Positions 51,000 to 64,000 of a DNA stretch of 64,000 bases are shown in pieces. The stretch lies in contig NC_042998.1 in the NCBI RefSeq assembly GCF_006345805.1, positions 130,758,001 through 130,822,000 on the forward strand, read 5' to 3'. This stretch comes from Octopus sinensis (Eukaryota). Below the pieces are notes generated by a model. The model saw only the letters and a program-made list of their open reading frames with translations, was not told the DNA's origin and searched no databases. The first letter of the stretch is position 1, and each line of letters begins with the position of its first letter. The position numbers and the translations under genes are program-made.

Positions 51000-51734
51000 A
51001 TGGCAGTGTTGATGTACAATGTGTTGATGATGAGGACGTCAATGATGATGATGATGAGGAAGCCGTGGGGGAGTACAAGAAGAAGAGAATCAAGTGTGAG
51101 GGTATTCAATAACGATGATATTGATGATGATGATGATATTAATGATGCTGTTACTGAGGAGAAAGACGAAAAGGAAAACAGCTATTCTGATGAAGCTTCT
51201 ATGAGTTGCACCGCATACATAAGAGACGACGGATAATAGCTGAAGTGAGCTATTAACTATTTTGGTTTTGGCTCCTGAATCCATTCCGCACTTACTTTTT
51301 GCCATGCTATGGAGGATTTTTTGCAACCGAACGTTGAAGAAAAAAATTTCAAAAGCTAAATTAAAGGGCCAACATCCACATAACTTACTATTTTGATTTC
51401 ACTTAGGTTCACCCATCATCAAAGAAAAGAAAAACGTCGTAGCACGCAACTATCAACAAAATCAGCTAAAAGAAAAAAAAAGACAATTACGAATAAGAGG
51501 ATGATGAAAATAAAATTAAAATCACAGTGACTACTACTAATACTACTACTACTATGATGATGACAAAAAAAAATGAATGTCTTATATGGTAGGTCATTAG
51601 AGATGTTTGTATGTAGATTTTCAGTGACGTCGTTATGTTGTCGACGTTACGTAGCAAGCATTGAAATAAGAGATATTATTATTTTTCATCGTCATGATCA
51701 TCATCATGATCATCATCATCATCATCATCAACAA

Positions 51735-51769
<35 letters not shown>

Positions 51770-52060
51770 ATCATCATCATCATCATCATCATCATCATTA
51801 TCATCATCATCCTTGTCCTCACTATTATAATCATCAATCCTAAATCTCATAACTGCATTCAATATTCGTCGTTAAATCCAATGTCGTATCGGAATATTAT
51901 CATCATCATCAGCATCATCATCATCATCATCATCACCAGCACCAGCACCACCACCCTCGCCATCATCATCATCGATATCGTCATCACCATCGTCATTATC
52001 GTCATCGTCGTCACGTCAATATTATTATCATCTATTATCATCATCTGCTTCCTTTTATCC
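51000..52060. repeat. Degenerate (GAT)n/(CAT)n trinucleotide region
   Basis: Direct reading; source of the poly-H/S/I/M ORFs. Confidence 0.85.
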
Positions 52061-52260
52061 CCATCATATCATGACATTGACGATAATTTTAAAATGGAAA
52101 TGCCGAAAGGATTACATCTAATTAAATTTTATTGATGAGAAGCCAAACGAAAATATATGCTCATTTTTCAAAATTTACGTTAGTTTACTTTGGTCACCCC
52201 GAAGGAATTCAATGTAAGTCCAATTAGCTTCTTTCGAAATATAGAGAAGGGAAACTAAAA

Positions 52261-52305
<45 letters not shown>

Positions 52306-53394
52306 TTCTTCATTTGGTGTACAGGTTGCTGAATAGCGGGGAGATTAAAGCTAAGACTCGAATTTATTTATTACATGATACAAGGAGTCTGCTAACATAA
52401 CGCTAAACTTTCAGTGATAGTCTCTTTAATGGTTAACCAAAGGATTGTAATATATTTGGTCAACACTCCTAAACAATGTTCATACTAACACGTATCTTAC
52501 AGTCAACTATTGAAACAAGTTAATTATTTCATTCACTGTTATATTTTAAATGGAGTTGATATAAAACGCTATTGTAATCGTAGTTTTATTGTTTACAGTT
52601 AGGATGAAAATACGAAACTAAACAATTAAGAAGGTATGTAATATAAAGAGGTTTCATATATTTCATTAGTAAAAGAAGACAAATGTTTAAGGACTATATG
52701 AAATGATTCAGAATTCATAGTGTCTCTCTATGTATTATATTCATTTTCAGTCTTTCAGAAATGTATATTTATTATAAATTCGTGGCTTTGAGATAAAATC
52801 GTGGATTTGACTCTTAGACGAGGCAGCGTGCTATGTCCTTGAGCAAGTCTTTATTTCGAATTCCTCCAGTCTATTCAGCTTACATGTTTGCCTGTCGACT
52901 ATCGGTGTAGCTCTCTCCCTTCATTCAGTCACATGCTACCAGTTCATTCTGGCTTGTAAGCGACAGCTAATGTTTTTCTTATTTACTTTATGAAGAAAAG
53001 GGATTTGCATCGTTTCAAATAGAAAATGAAAAGAACTTTAATGAAAAGAACTTTCTAACAGTGATGAATCCTGACGTTTGCTGTTTGTATTTAGCACTTG
53101 TACGACCAATGTTATGATATGAAAATAACAATGGTTATTAGAATGGAGTTGTTCTAATTTTAAACTTTTTTCCTCTTTATTGAGTGGATGGTTTTTCCAT
53201 ATTCGGTTACAACCTAGTAAGATACAACCTAGTAAGCATGAATTTACTAAAGTTTTTATCAACATAGTATATCACAAAATACACCCTTTTCTCCATAATT
53301 CACTTGATACACAGGCTTTCCCTAAACAGCCTCATGACACAGAAGTTTAAGTTACATTATCACGTGATAGAACTCACCAAAAGCCTGCAAAAAC

Positions 53395-53730
53395 TGTAGC
53401 AAGATGTTAGTCGATTAAATTGAATCCAGCACTTGAATGGTACCTATTTTATTGGAAAGACAAAAAGAAATGTTGTTTGAGAGAATTGAAATCAGAGTGT
53501 AAAGAATCGTAAATGCGTACCACGCATTAACGATTCTACCAATGCACTGGGCACTTTCAACTAAAGAATTTTAATTTTGGCACAGGGTGATTGTGAGGGA
53601 AGCGAATTTGTCTATTACATTGGCGACAGCATTTCACTAATATTCTATTTTATTTACAAGGATAGCTGAAAAGCAAAAATAACCTCGGTGGGATTTTTAT
53701 TTCGGAATGTAAACAGCCAGAAGAAATAAG
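53395..53730 (-). mobile_element. Two highly diverged OR-like SINE remnants
   Basis: TGGTACCTATTTT..TTAACGATTCTACCA and AACCTCGGTGGGATTT motifs. Confidence 0.35.
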
Positions 53731-55503
53731 CAACGTATTTTTCCCAAAGCTATACCAGTTCTGCGTGTTCTCTGTCTTCCAGTGGTTTATCAATATAAAC
53801 ATGTGCAAGTCTATTTAATCCAGCTTACGATACCGTTTCAACAATTTTAAATATTGACGATAGAACCTCAAAATAGCCACTTTGAAAGTAGACAAGCAAT
53901 GGGAAGTGTAAGCTAGAACTCACTTGCATCTCAACATGCTATCTTTAAGGATAGAAACACAAGATAATGTACTCCTTTAAACAATTATCTGGTGAAGTAC
54001 GGGTTAAGCATTATCTGGGATAAACAGTTTTGATCAAAGGTCTGCTTGATCAGTGTTGATCTGGTGCTAAAAATGAAAGAGTGCTAACTTGCAATGAACT
54101 TGTGTTCAAATAGTAACGTCTTCTATTCGTACTGAGACACAAAATTTTAACTAGAGTCAATAGCAAATGCCATTGAACAGAGTAAATAAGGTGGTTTTAT
54201 TGAAGAAAAAACAGAACCAACGAAACAAATTAGATCTTCATGTGAATTGAACTGAAATCGTTTAGTGAAAAAAGACTGACACCTTATGAATGCAATACCA
54301 CTGTGCATTTTTTTCTTTTGATATATTGATAACTAACTTTGGTGCAAGCTCACTAATTTATAGGGAGAAATGTTATATGATTCCCAACAGAAAAGTGGAC
54401 ATTACTGACGAAACTATGGTTATTTTCCTCAGTGACCTTATTCTGCTCCTCCCTTCCTCCACTATCTTTCCCTCACCACCTTTTCTCCACCACCTTTTCG
54501 CCGCTGCCGCCGCCGCAGCCACGACCACCACCACCACCAGCATTTTGAACGTTACGATTTCTGTCGTGAGATAAATAAGATTATCGATAACGAGCATGGT
54601 CATGGTAAATATGTAGATTAAATTCATTTTGTTACATATATGCACGATGTCACTAAAATTTTAGTCTTGGAGCCAATTATACAAGTAACCATCTTAAACG
54701 CCGCCCAGACATACACTCACACATCCACAAATACACTTCACACATAGCGATATACAAACTCATACACTGATAAGAAACTGTTTTGAAAATGCACTGGTCT
54801 TTCAAACGCACAATGGAATCAACGCTCTGACGGACTTGACTCTTATCATTTGCTGCCTGATATACTTAATAATTCCATGGCTATAGTTATGATATCGTGG
54901 CAATAAAGATACTTAAAATAGCGCTTCTCAATGGTATAATTCTTCCTATTCAACTTTTCGTCCATTAAACAAATGCAAGCCACTTCTCTTTGCACTCCGG
55001 AAAACATCGTTTAATATCCTTTGGTGGACGAAATCCATGAGATATTTCCCATAGTTTACTGCACGGTATCAAAATAGATATCAGTTTATTCATAATGAAA
55101 TATCAATTAACTAGATATTTAATAGTCACTGAATCAGACGACTGTCGATACAACATTTAATTTTATTACTCAGCTTAGTATAGTTTAGCCAAGTGTGTTG
55201 CATTGTAAACTGCCACCAAGATTATTATGTATGTAACTGTGCGTTTGTCTGTTTGTGTGTTCTTGCCTTTGTGCATGTGTATACAAACGTGTACATATGC
55301 ATATATGTTGTGTGTACGTATTCATATATGTATATGTACATGTCTATATATATACATGAATTTAAATATATATATATATATAACCACATATATATGTATT
55401 CTTAATGCATTTATATCTCTGTATACATATGTATATAAATTTATTTATATACAAGTCTGTGGTATATATTATATATACATACACCCACATACATACACAT
55501 ATG

Positions 55504-55538
<35 letters not shown>

Positions 55539-56635
55539 TAGTATACATATATATATATATATACATTTACATGTTTGTATATATATATATGGATATATAT
55601 TATATATACATATACATATGTGTGCGTATACATACATATACATATATATGCAGATGAGACAAGAGAAAGTGAGAAAAGAGAGACAGGGAGATATAATAGA
55701 TCGAGAAGTCTTATGTAGAGCGGGGGGAACAAACAAGATAAATGGCTGCATCATTCTATATACCACATGCCAAGTCTTCATTCTCCTCTTCCTGTGTATT
55801 CACTTGAGATATCTCTGGATTATTTTTATATTTGATAAGTGAAATTTGCTACAAAAGTGCACACATTGATTTTAAATACATTCTGTTATATTGAAGTAAG
55901 TTTATATATGAATCAACTTAATGGAGTGTGTTTTATGGTGTCTAAATATCAAAGGACCTTACTGGCTTTTGATGTCGCTTACTCGAGTGGATATCTTTAC
56001 ACTGTGTTGGTTTTGCTGTACATTGGATGGATTCCAGTTTAATATCCTGTCTATAGGTTTTCAACGAATGTGTGTACCTGTAAGTGAATACGATTTCTAA
56101 ATTCACAGAAAGAGAGGGATAAAGAGAAAGAAAATATGAACAAAAGAGACAGAAGGAGTTATGAACGAATTAAAGTGATAGAGAAGGAAACAATGAGAGA
56201 GGGAGTTAAATAGAAAAATAGATACACAAAAAGAAAAAAAGAAAAAAAAAGCGGGCTATATAAATGAAAGAGTGAAAGAATGAGAATAAAAAGAAGGAGA
56301 AAATAAGAAATGTCTAGTAGGAAGTTTTCTCTGGTATAACATTGGGGAATTACAGATGGGCAAGTTATTTTTGTGAGGCTATAAGAACTAAATATCACGG
56401 GTTGGTGAGTTCAGGAATGTGCAGTGGTTGGTTTTTATGACAGGATTTGACTTTTATGAAACTGTGATGAATATATGCATACGAGCATATTCACGCATAT
56501 ATGACGTGATAAGGATATATGTAACATAAATATGTATATATGAATGGGGTTACGTATTTATTCAGATATGTCTATGGGCGAATATATGTACACGCTTATG
56601 TGTGTGTGTATAAATAAATATATATATATATAATA

Positions 56636-56678
<43 letters not shown>

Positions 56679-56859
56679 ATATACGTATGTATGTATGTAT
56701 GTATGTATGTATGTATGTATGTATATAAAGCCATATGCAGTATACGTATATGTGTTATTCGTGCAACTTTTCATGCGTGCTCAGATTCGTAAATGTATTT
56801 GCTGTGCATTTATAAATACACACATACGTAAAGTGGTGTGTATGTATATATGTATATAC

Positions 56860-56933
<74 letters not shown>

Positions 56934-58211
56934 CGAGAGAGAGAGATTAATATATATATATATACATATACATATATTTCAACACACATGTACACTCAAA
57001 CATACACACACACACACACACAAATATAAATATATGTATACATGCAAACATATTCTTGTGCAGGTGTGTACTTAATATTTGCTTTACATAAACCTAAATG
57101 TACTGAGTACAAAATATTTTAAGAGAATTTTGTGGGTTACACCGCTATTATAACGTGGGCTGCGCTTTCATTTGTTCGATCAATGTTTACGTCAGTTTTT
57201 TGAAAAAGTAAGATGATTTCTGTGTCGTATGGAAGGCCTCAGCCATAGGTTTTCTTCTGTTACACAGCGTTGTTTTAAAAATCGCATGTGTCTGTCGGTA
57301 AAGCTAAATTTGTTGGGTTTTTTACACGTATGAAGAGAAAGGGTGGAGAGATATCTTGGATGAGTGAAAGACAAAGTGGTAGCAACGCAAAAACGCGCAC
57401 ATACACACACATATACACATAAAGTGTATGCACAAACACGCATTTATAAATGAGGTTTCAAAGTAGCTGCTATGATTATATATAGCTAGGTAATCTGATG
57501 AGAAGTGAGAGGATATTGACTGAATTTCTTTCCATACGCTTTTTCGTAGTCGCTGTTTAAACATATTTGTTGTGTTCTTTTTCCGGACTATATAGTTAGT
57601 CAAAGAATAGAGAAAAGATAGTTAGTCAAAGGAAGAAACCAGCGCATATGTCATTTACAAACATCTAGTCTTGATATGAAAATGACTAAAAGAAATTTCA
57701 GGTTTTGGGCTGCCTACTCTTAATCATTCGATCGCCATAATTCGCCCAGCGGTGATTCACTTCCCTCGAGTGGACTACCAGCAAGTAGAGGCAAGTGACA
57801 CAAGAATAACATAGATAGATTAACAGATTATGTACGCAGAATTTTGATTATTTTATAGTTGTTGCGGTTGGCAGTCACTGATGGCTATAGTTGGGCATCT
57901 AATTATTATTATTAGTACATTTTTATCTACTTCCTTCCATTCTTGAATGGTTAGAAATAGCTTGAAAAAGATCTGGCTTCCATCTAGAGGAACGGCATAT
58001 GGTACATTGTTGGTTGAATTAATAATAAGACAGCCATTTCCTTTTATCTTTTTATTTAGAGTGTGAAGGGCACCGACAGGAACATTTTATTTTCTCAGGG
58101 TCTCCAATACCGATAAATTGTAAATGGGTGTCAGTTTCAAATCAGATATCTGCATATGCTTCTTGCAGGAGCGGAAGCTCAGAAAGAAGGCATAACCAAT
58201 ACCAACAGACT

Positions 58212-58680
58212 AATTGTCTTGGTATAGAAGATGGGCTACAGCAAATATTCTGCTCAATAACATAGATTTGCTTCTGAGTTGTTTGACCGTAACCAGTTCA
58301 CCTTAGTGGCTGACGATATATGCATCTCTGATAACGAGCGGGAGTAGCTGGGGAGCACCATAGCCATGGGCTTAAAGTAATTCTTTGGGGTGTGGATAAT
58401 TCACCTTTGGAAACATGGGTGTTTCAGTTCACATCCTTAAACAACCCTTATATAGGGACCTTTTGAATGGCATGGGCTACTCGAATTGAAGAAAATTCTA
58501 ACTGGTCCCCATTTCCAAGTTCATGCGCTGTTTATCTTGATATGAGATTACCATATCACGCACACATGGTTGTGATGCATGTGCCTGGTATAGCCTTATC
58601 AGACGGGTAGTCATGATGAGTATACTGTGTTTCGTATATTTTACCCGTGTCACTTTGATTGCATACACTGCTCTCTCACT
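58212..58680 (+). mobile_element. ~550-bp non-coding (TAA)n-tailed repeat, copy 2 (5'-eroded)
   Basis: Homologous to 42424-42900; ends CACTGCTCTCTCAC before (GAT)n(AAT)n. Confidence 0.75.
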
Positions 58681-58689
58681 AAAAAAGAA

Positions 58690-58812
<123 letters not shown>

Positions 58813-59811
58813 GTTGCAGGGGCTGAAATTTTAGGTAAGAGTCAGTTAATTAAAATGGCCAAAGTACTTTAATGGCACTTTTTCGATCGGCTGTGGAGAA
58901 ATGGAAGGGATGAATGAACATCGGTGCGATTTTAATTATCAGATAAATCTGAACAGAAGAGAGAATAATGTATCTTAACAGACGCTCTTGCAATACTACA
59001 AACCTAGTGCACGTTTACTAGATAACTGGTTCTAATACGAGCACAGACTGTTTTATTAGCACCATTGTGGTCGTAATCAGTTTTCTTACACTATGTAGTA
59101 CGAAAGAGAGAAAAAAAAACAGCAAAAAAACAAGCTACCATTATCACAGTCTTTTTATATCCATCTCAGTCACCGACAGTTCAAAGCAGAAACCCGCCTT
59201 ATAACAAAAACGAAATGACTCTATCACGCTAATGTCCTTTATTATCACCACTGCTACCAGCGCCAACAATGCACGAATGCTACCACTACATTTTCATCGT
59301 CTCCGAAAAACACGACAATAAACATGAACACCAACACCGCCACAACTAATAGCAACACCCTCATCATTAGAATCAGTAACCCCTAGAACACCAGGCTCAA
59401 TCGAATCTATCAACATCACTACCAGCATCATCGTCATCAGCAACAAAGATATTTTCAAAAACATCATAACAGCCAGCTCCACAATCTCCGTCGACACCAT
59501 CGCCTATCATGATCATGATCATGATCCTAATGATCGTCATGGTTATCGTCATGATCATCTTTCTCATCTTCATCACCAACAGCATTAAGAACAATCATCT
59601 ATCTCATGAAAGCCTTTATTTAATGTACATAGTGTGTTACTGCCTTAAAATTAGGCCATATCATAAACACACACAATATACAAAAAATAGTCGCCACAAA
59701 ATCGCGCGGCACACAAACACACAAACACTCAGACACACAGGTATGTAGGAGGTAATATGCATATGCTTGTGTGCATATATGTATATGCCTGTGTATACAT
59801 ATACATGTATC

Positions 59812-59849
<38 letters not shown>

Positions 59850-59870
59850 GAAATATATATGAAAGAAGTA

Positions 59871-60353
59871 TTGAAAGTGCAATTTTAAAGATGTTTTCCA
59901 CTTGACCGGTTTCACTTTTTTAGAAAAAGATTGTCAAAAGTAAAATGTAAAGCTTTGTATAAACTTTGTTGTGTTAAGTACTGGTTGTCACAAAAGTATT
60001 AAAATACATATGTACATTCTTTAATAATAATAATAAGACATATGACACGTTGGTTCCTCTCGAAGTCTTTGTAAACCCTTGAATACACCTCCTTCTGTGT
60101 ATATATATACTACCAAACAAACATGATTTCTATTGAACTCCTAATAGTTTTTGTTGAATATTTTCTTAAACACTTTCTTGTAAACTGTTTTTAACATTTT
60201 CTTCTTCTTATCAAATAATGTATATATGCGTTTTAATACTTTCGTGACAACCAGTACTTAACACAGCAAATTTTCTACAAAGCTTTTGACAATCTCTTTC
60301 TAAAAAAGTGAAACCGGTCAAGTGAATAACCATCTTTAAACTTGCATTTTCAA
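59871..60353. mobile_element. Fold-back / MITE-like element with ~160-bp diverged inverted arms
   Basis: CACTTGACCGGTTTCACTTTTTTAGAAA..GTGTTAAGTACTGGTTGTCAC (~59900-59995) is reverse-complemented at ~60240-60325. Confidence 0.7.
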
Positions 60354-60894
60354 ACCTTCTTTCATATATATATTGTTGTATTTCAGGACGGTCATTTGTT
60401 TGCCAAAGAAACACACGCACTATATATTCGCTCTTCACTCGTTTATTACTGTTCTTATTCTAACTCATAAACAGATACACGCACATACACACACACACAC
60501 GTACACACATGCATTTATACATATATGTGTGAGTGTGTTGTGTGTGTGCGTGAGTGTGCGTGTGTATGTTTATGCATATATTCATGTATAACAAAGATAG
60601 CACTGGAATTGGCACTAACTTTTAACTTTCGACCAGCTAAGTTGTCAGCTGTGATACATCTGAGCTCATCTTGGCTTTATATATTGTCTTTTGAAACAAT
60701 ATATATAGAGGGAGAGAGAGCGTGTGTGTGTGTGTGTGTGTGTTTGCAGTGGTATACAGATATCGTATATTGAGAAAAAGGAGGCAGTCGGAATTTGCAT
60801 AATTCTTGCTTCGTTTTAATTTTTGTCATGAAGCGTTCGGTTAACGAACAAAAGCGCTAATAAAGAATTATCTGAAATTCTGACTGCTTCCCAT

Positions 60895-61192
<298 letters not shown>

Positions 61193-61624
61193 CAAACAAA
61201 CTATGGGGGTTTAGTTCGCAGTTGATCTAAACGATTAGGCACGCTGGGTAAGTCCTGTGACGGCTACTAGGTCCCCAAGGTTTTAGCCGAGACGGTAGTT
61301 ATGCAGATTCCCGATACAGCGGATATATAATTGTTATGATCATACCTGGTGTTTATACACAACATAGCAAAGACTGCATCTGAAACGCTTCGGAAAATAC
61401 TTAATTATGATGATGATGATGATGAGTAGCTGGAGCAGGTGGAATTGGAAGATGTATCTACATGTATATTCTAAATATAATGGCATAAAGGAGTAATAAC
61501 CAATTGTGGTAACCAATTTTAATAGCAATGGTTGTTTTTTTACATAAGCTGAAAACCAAACTTCTAAAGGAAGAATAAATAGGAAGAAAGTAAACTTTTT
61601 GTGAAAAAGAAAGATAGAAATATT

Positions 61625-61815
61625 GGTTTCAGATTTTGGAACACGTCTAGAAATTTGCGTCGACCCTAGAGTTCAACTGGTACTTTATTTCATCGACCCA
61701 CAAATGATGAAATGCCAAGTCGACTTGAGCTGAATTTGAATTCAGAACTTATATATAGACGGAATGTCGCTAAGCATTTTGCCCAGCGCACTAACGATTC
61801 TGCCAGCTCGCAGCT
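61625..61815 (-). mobile_element. OR-like SINE
   Basis: Homologous to 29030-29420. Confidence 0.7.
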
Positions 61816-61994
61816 TTTACAATAATGAAAATATTACTGAAAAAATAAGAAACTACGTTAGAAGGATTAACGTTTAGCTGAAATTGTATTTGGAGATATA
61901 CTAAAAGGCAAGTTATTACTTTCGCCAATGTCGCTTATAATGGTCAAGAAAACAAAGATATATTAGGAAATTGTGATGTTGTAGTATTCATCAG

Positions 61995-62420
61995 TGGTAA
62001 CATTATATTTGCTCGAAGGAATTGTACCAAATGTTGGCATTGAAAGCTACACCAATGCTAAAACGGGACGACACTGCATAATGCCAAAGTTCCCAGCAAT
62101 GCCATCACGCTTCAGGACCAGTTACTCCAACAACCTGGGTTTCAAGTGCTCAAAGCTTTTTAATATTCTCCCAAAGAGTCTGAGGAACTTGCACAAATTA
62201 GATGTAGGGGTTTTGAAATCAAAGCTGGACCGCTTCCTGTCGAGAGTCCCAGATGAACCTACCTCACGGCAAGAGGTGGAAATGAGAGTAGCTATATCAA
62301 ACTCCATGCTTCACCAAGTGCCACATATTAGAGGAGGGTCTTAGTAATAACAGTGTAGCAAAACGGCTGTGCATCAGCATGGCCACAGCTCTGAGCTGAA
62401 ACTAGAGGAAAAATAAATAA
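61995..62420 (+). mobile_element. CR1/L2-group LINE 3' end, 5'-truncated
   Basis: LEGIVPNVGI..RTSYSNNLGFKCSKLFNILPKSLRNL..LKSKLDRFLSRVPDEP (post-RT C-terminal motif KLFNxLP..FKxxLD); stem-loop tail CAGCTCTGAGCTG. Confidence 0.75.
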
Positions 62421-62479
62421 CTAAGATTACCCGAAACAATATTTGTTGTGCCTACTTATGATATGTATGTGTGTGCATA

Positions 62480-62541
62480 TATGTACATATATATATATAA
62501 TATATATTATATATTATATATATATATATATATATACATAC

Positions 62542-62572
<31 letters not shown>

Positions 62573-62576
62573 ATTA

Positions 62577-62646
<70 letters not shown>

Positions 62647-62683
62647 CTATATATATATATATATTATATATATATAATATATA

Positions 62684-62715
<32 letters not shown>

Positions 62716-62730
62716 GTATACACATTTATA
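62480..62730. repeat. (TA)n microsatellite
   Basis: Direct reading. Confidence 0.95.
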
Positions 62731-63079
62731 TATATTCTCTCAAAAAAGAGTATCGGATAAAGTGAAACTATTTCAATCGTTATGTGGAGCTATATGGAGT
62801 ACTTCCCTCTTTAGAGTACTCCACACTTTTCCTGCAGCAGGCCACTATTACACAATAATCGCACTTAAAAAAACTACAGGCGAAATGTGATTCACAACAA
62901 CAGCCACAACATTGACAGCAACAATGACAATGATAACAGTTATAACAACATCAATCGAAACTGCTGCATTAGATCCATCAACCCCTATAAAATTATATCT
63001 GAAAAAAATCACTGGATAAAGCAAACAAATTATATAATCAAAAACGGCAATAAATAGAACATTAGCAAAAATGAAATAT

Positions 63080-63093
63080 AATATCTATCTATA

Positions 63094-63125
<32 letters not shown>

Positions 63126-63174
63126 ATCTATCTATCTATCTATATATCTATCTATCTATCTATCTATCTATATA

Positions 63175-63227
<53 letters not shown>

Positions 63228-63369
63228 ATATATATCTATCTATCTATCAATCTATATATCTATCTATATTATATATACTATCTATCTATCTATCTATCTA
63301 TCTATATATATATATATATCTATCTATATATATATATATATATCTATCTATCTATCTATCTATCTATCA

Positions 63370-63404
<35 letters not shown>

Positions 63405-63512
63405 AATCTATCTATCTATTTATCAATATATCTATCTATCTATCTATCTATGTATCTATCTATATATATATCTATCTATCTATCTATATATATATATATA
63501 TCTATCTATATA

Positions 63513-63559
<47 letters not shown>

Positions 63560-63619
63560 ATATATATATCTATCTATCTATCTATCTATCTATCAATCTA
63601 TCTATCTATCTATCTATCA

Positions 63620-63662
<43 letters not shown>

Positions 63663-63668
63663 CATCTA
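63080..63668. repeat. Compound (CTAT)n/(TA)n microsatellite
   Basis: Direct reading. Confidence 0.95.
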
Positions 63669-64000
63669 TTTACGTACACAAACACACAAACACATATATG
63701 TATGTATGCATGTATGTATACATATCTCAATGAATGTGTGTGTTAAAAAAAAACAGATACGAAAACAAATATGATGAAAATAATAAAAGCAAAGGCAAGA
63801 AATATCAATAATGGCAATAACAACCATCAAGAAGGACATCATGATCAGCAACAATAACTATATCAAACCACACCAACAAAAACAAATAAAATGTTGAACA
63901 AAGGCATCAGGCGTACTGCAATTGATTATTTTCTCTCTCTTCACAATAGTATTACACACACTCCTAGGCATCCTTATGTGTGTGGGTGGGTTTTGCGCGT

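Overview
AT-rich, repeat-saturated eukaryotic DNA. The SINE families, (TA)n/(TATC)n/(TAA)n microsatellites and the LINE mix look like an octopus/cephalopod intergenic or intronic region (inference). I could not identify a host protein-coding exon; most listed ORFs are microsatellite read-through or antisense to retroelements. Recognisable content: Penelope-like element (PLE) fragments (GIY-YIG, RT thumb), two RTE LINEs (one internally deleted, one 5'-inverted), at least seven R4/Dong-type REL-endonuclease LINE fragments stacked in (TAA)n tracts, CR1-like and L1/Tx1-like relics, a decayed mariner, and several tRNA-derived SINE families. The main signal is absent from the ORF track: seven hand-foldable type I hammerhead ribozymes (HHRs) from five unrelated sequence families, plus a sixth family with a variant core. 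Two of these families are non-coding ~480-490 nt HHR-to-HHR tandem units (5696-6628 and 31613-32550). Each has a 5' inverted segment and sits in (TA)n, i.e. retrozyme-like or non-autonomous PLE-type elements. In one, the inversion junction falls 3-4 nt from the predicted self-cleavage site. All folds were done by eye and none has been tested.
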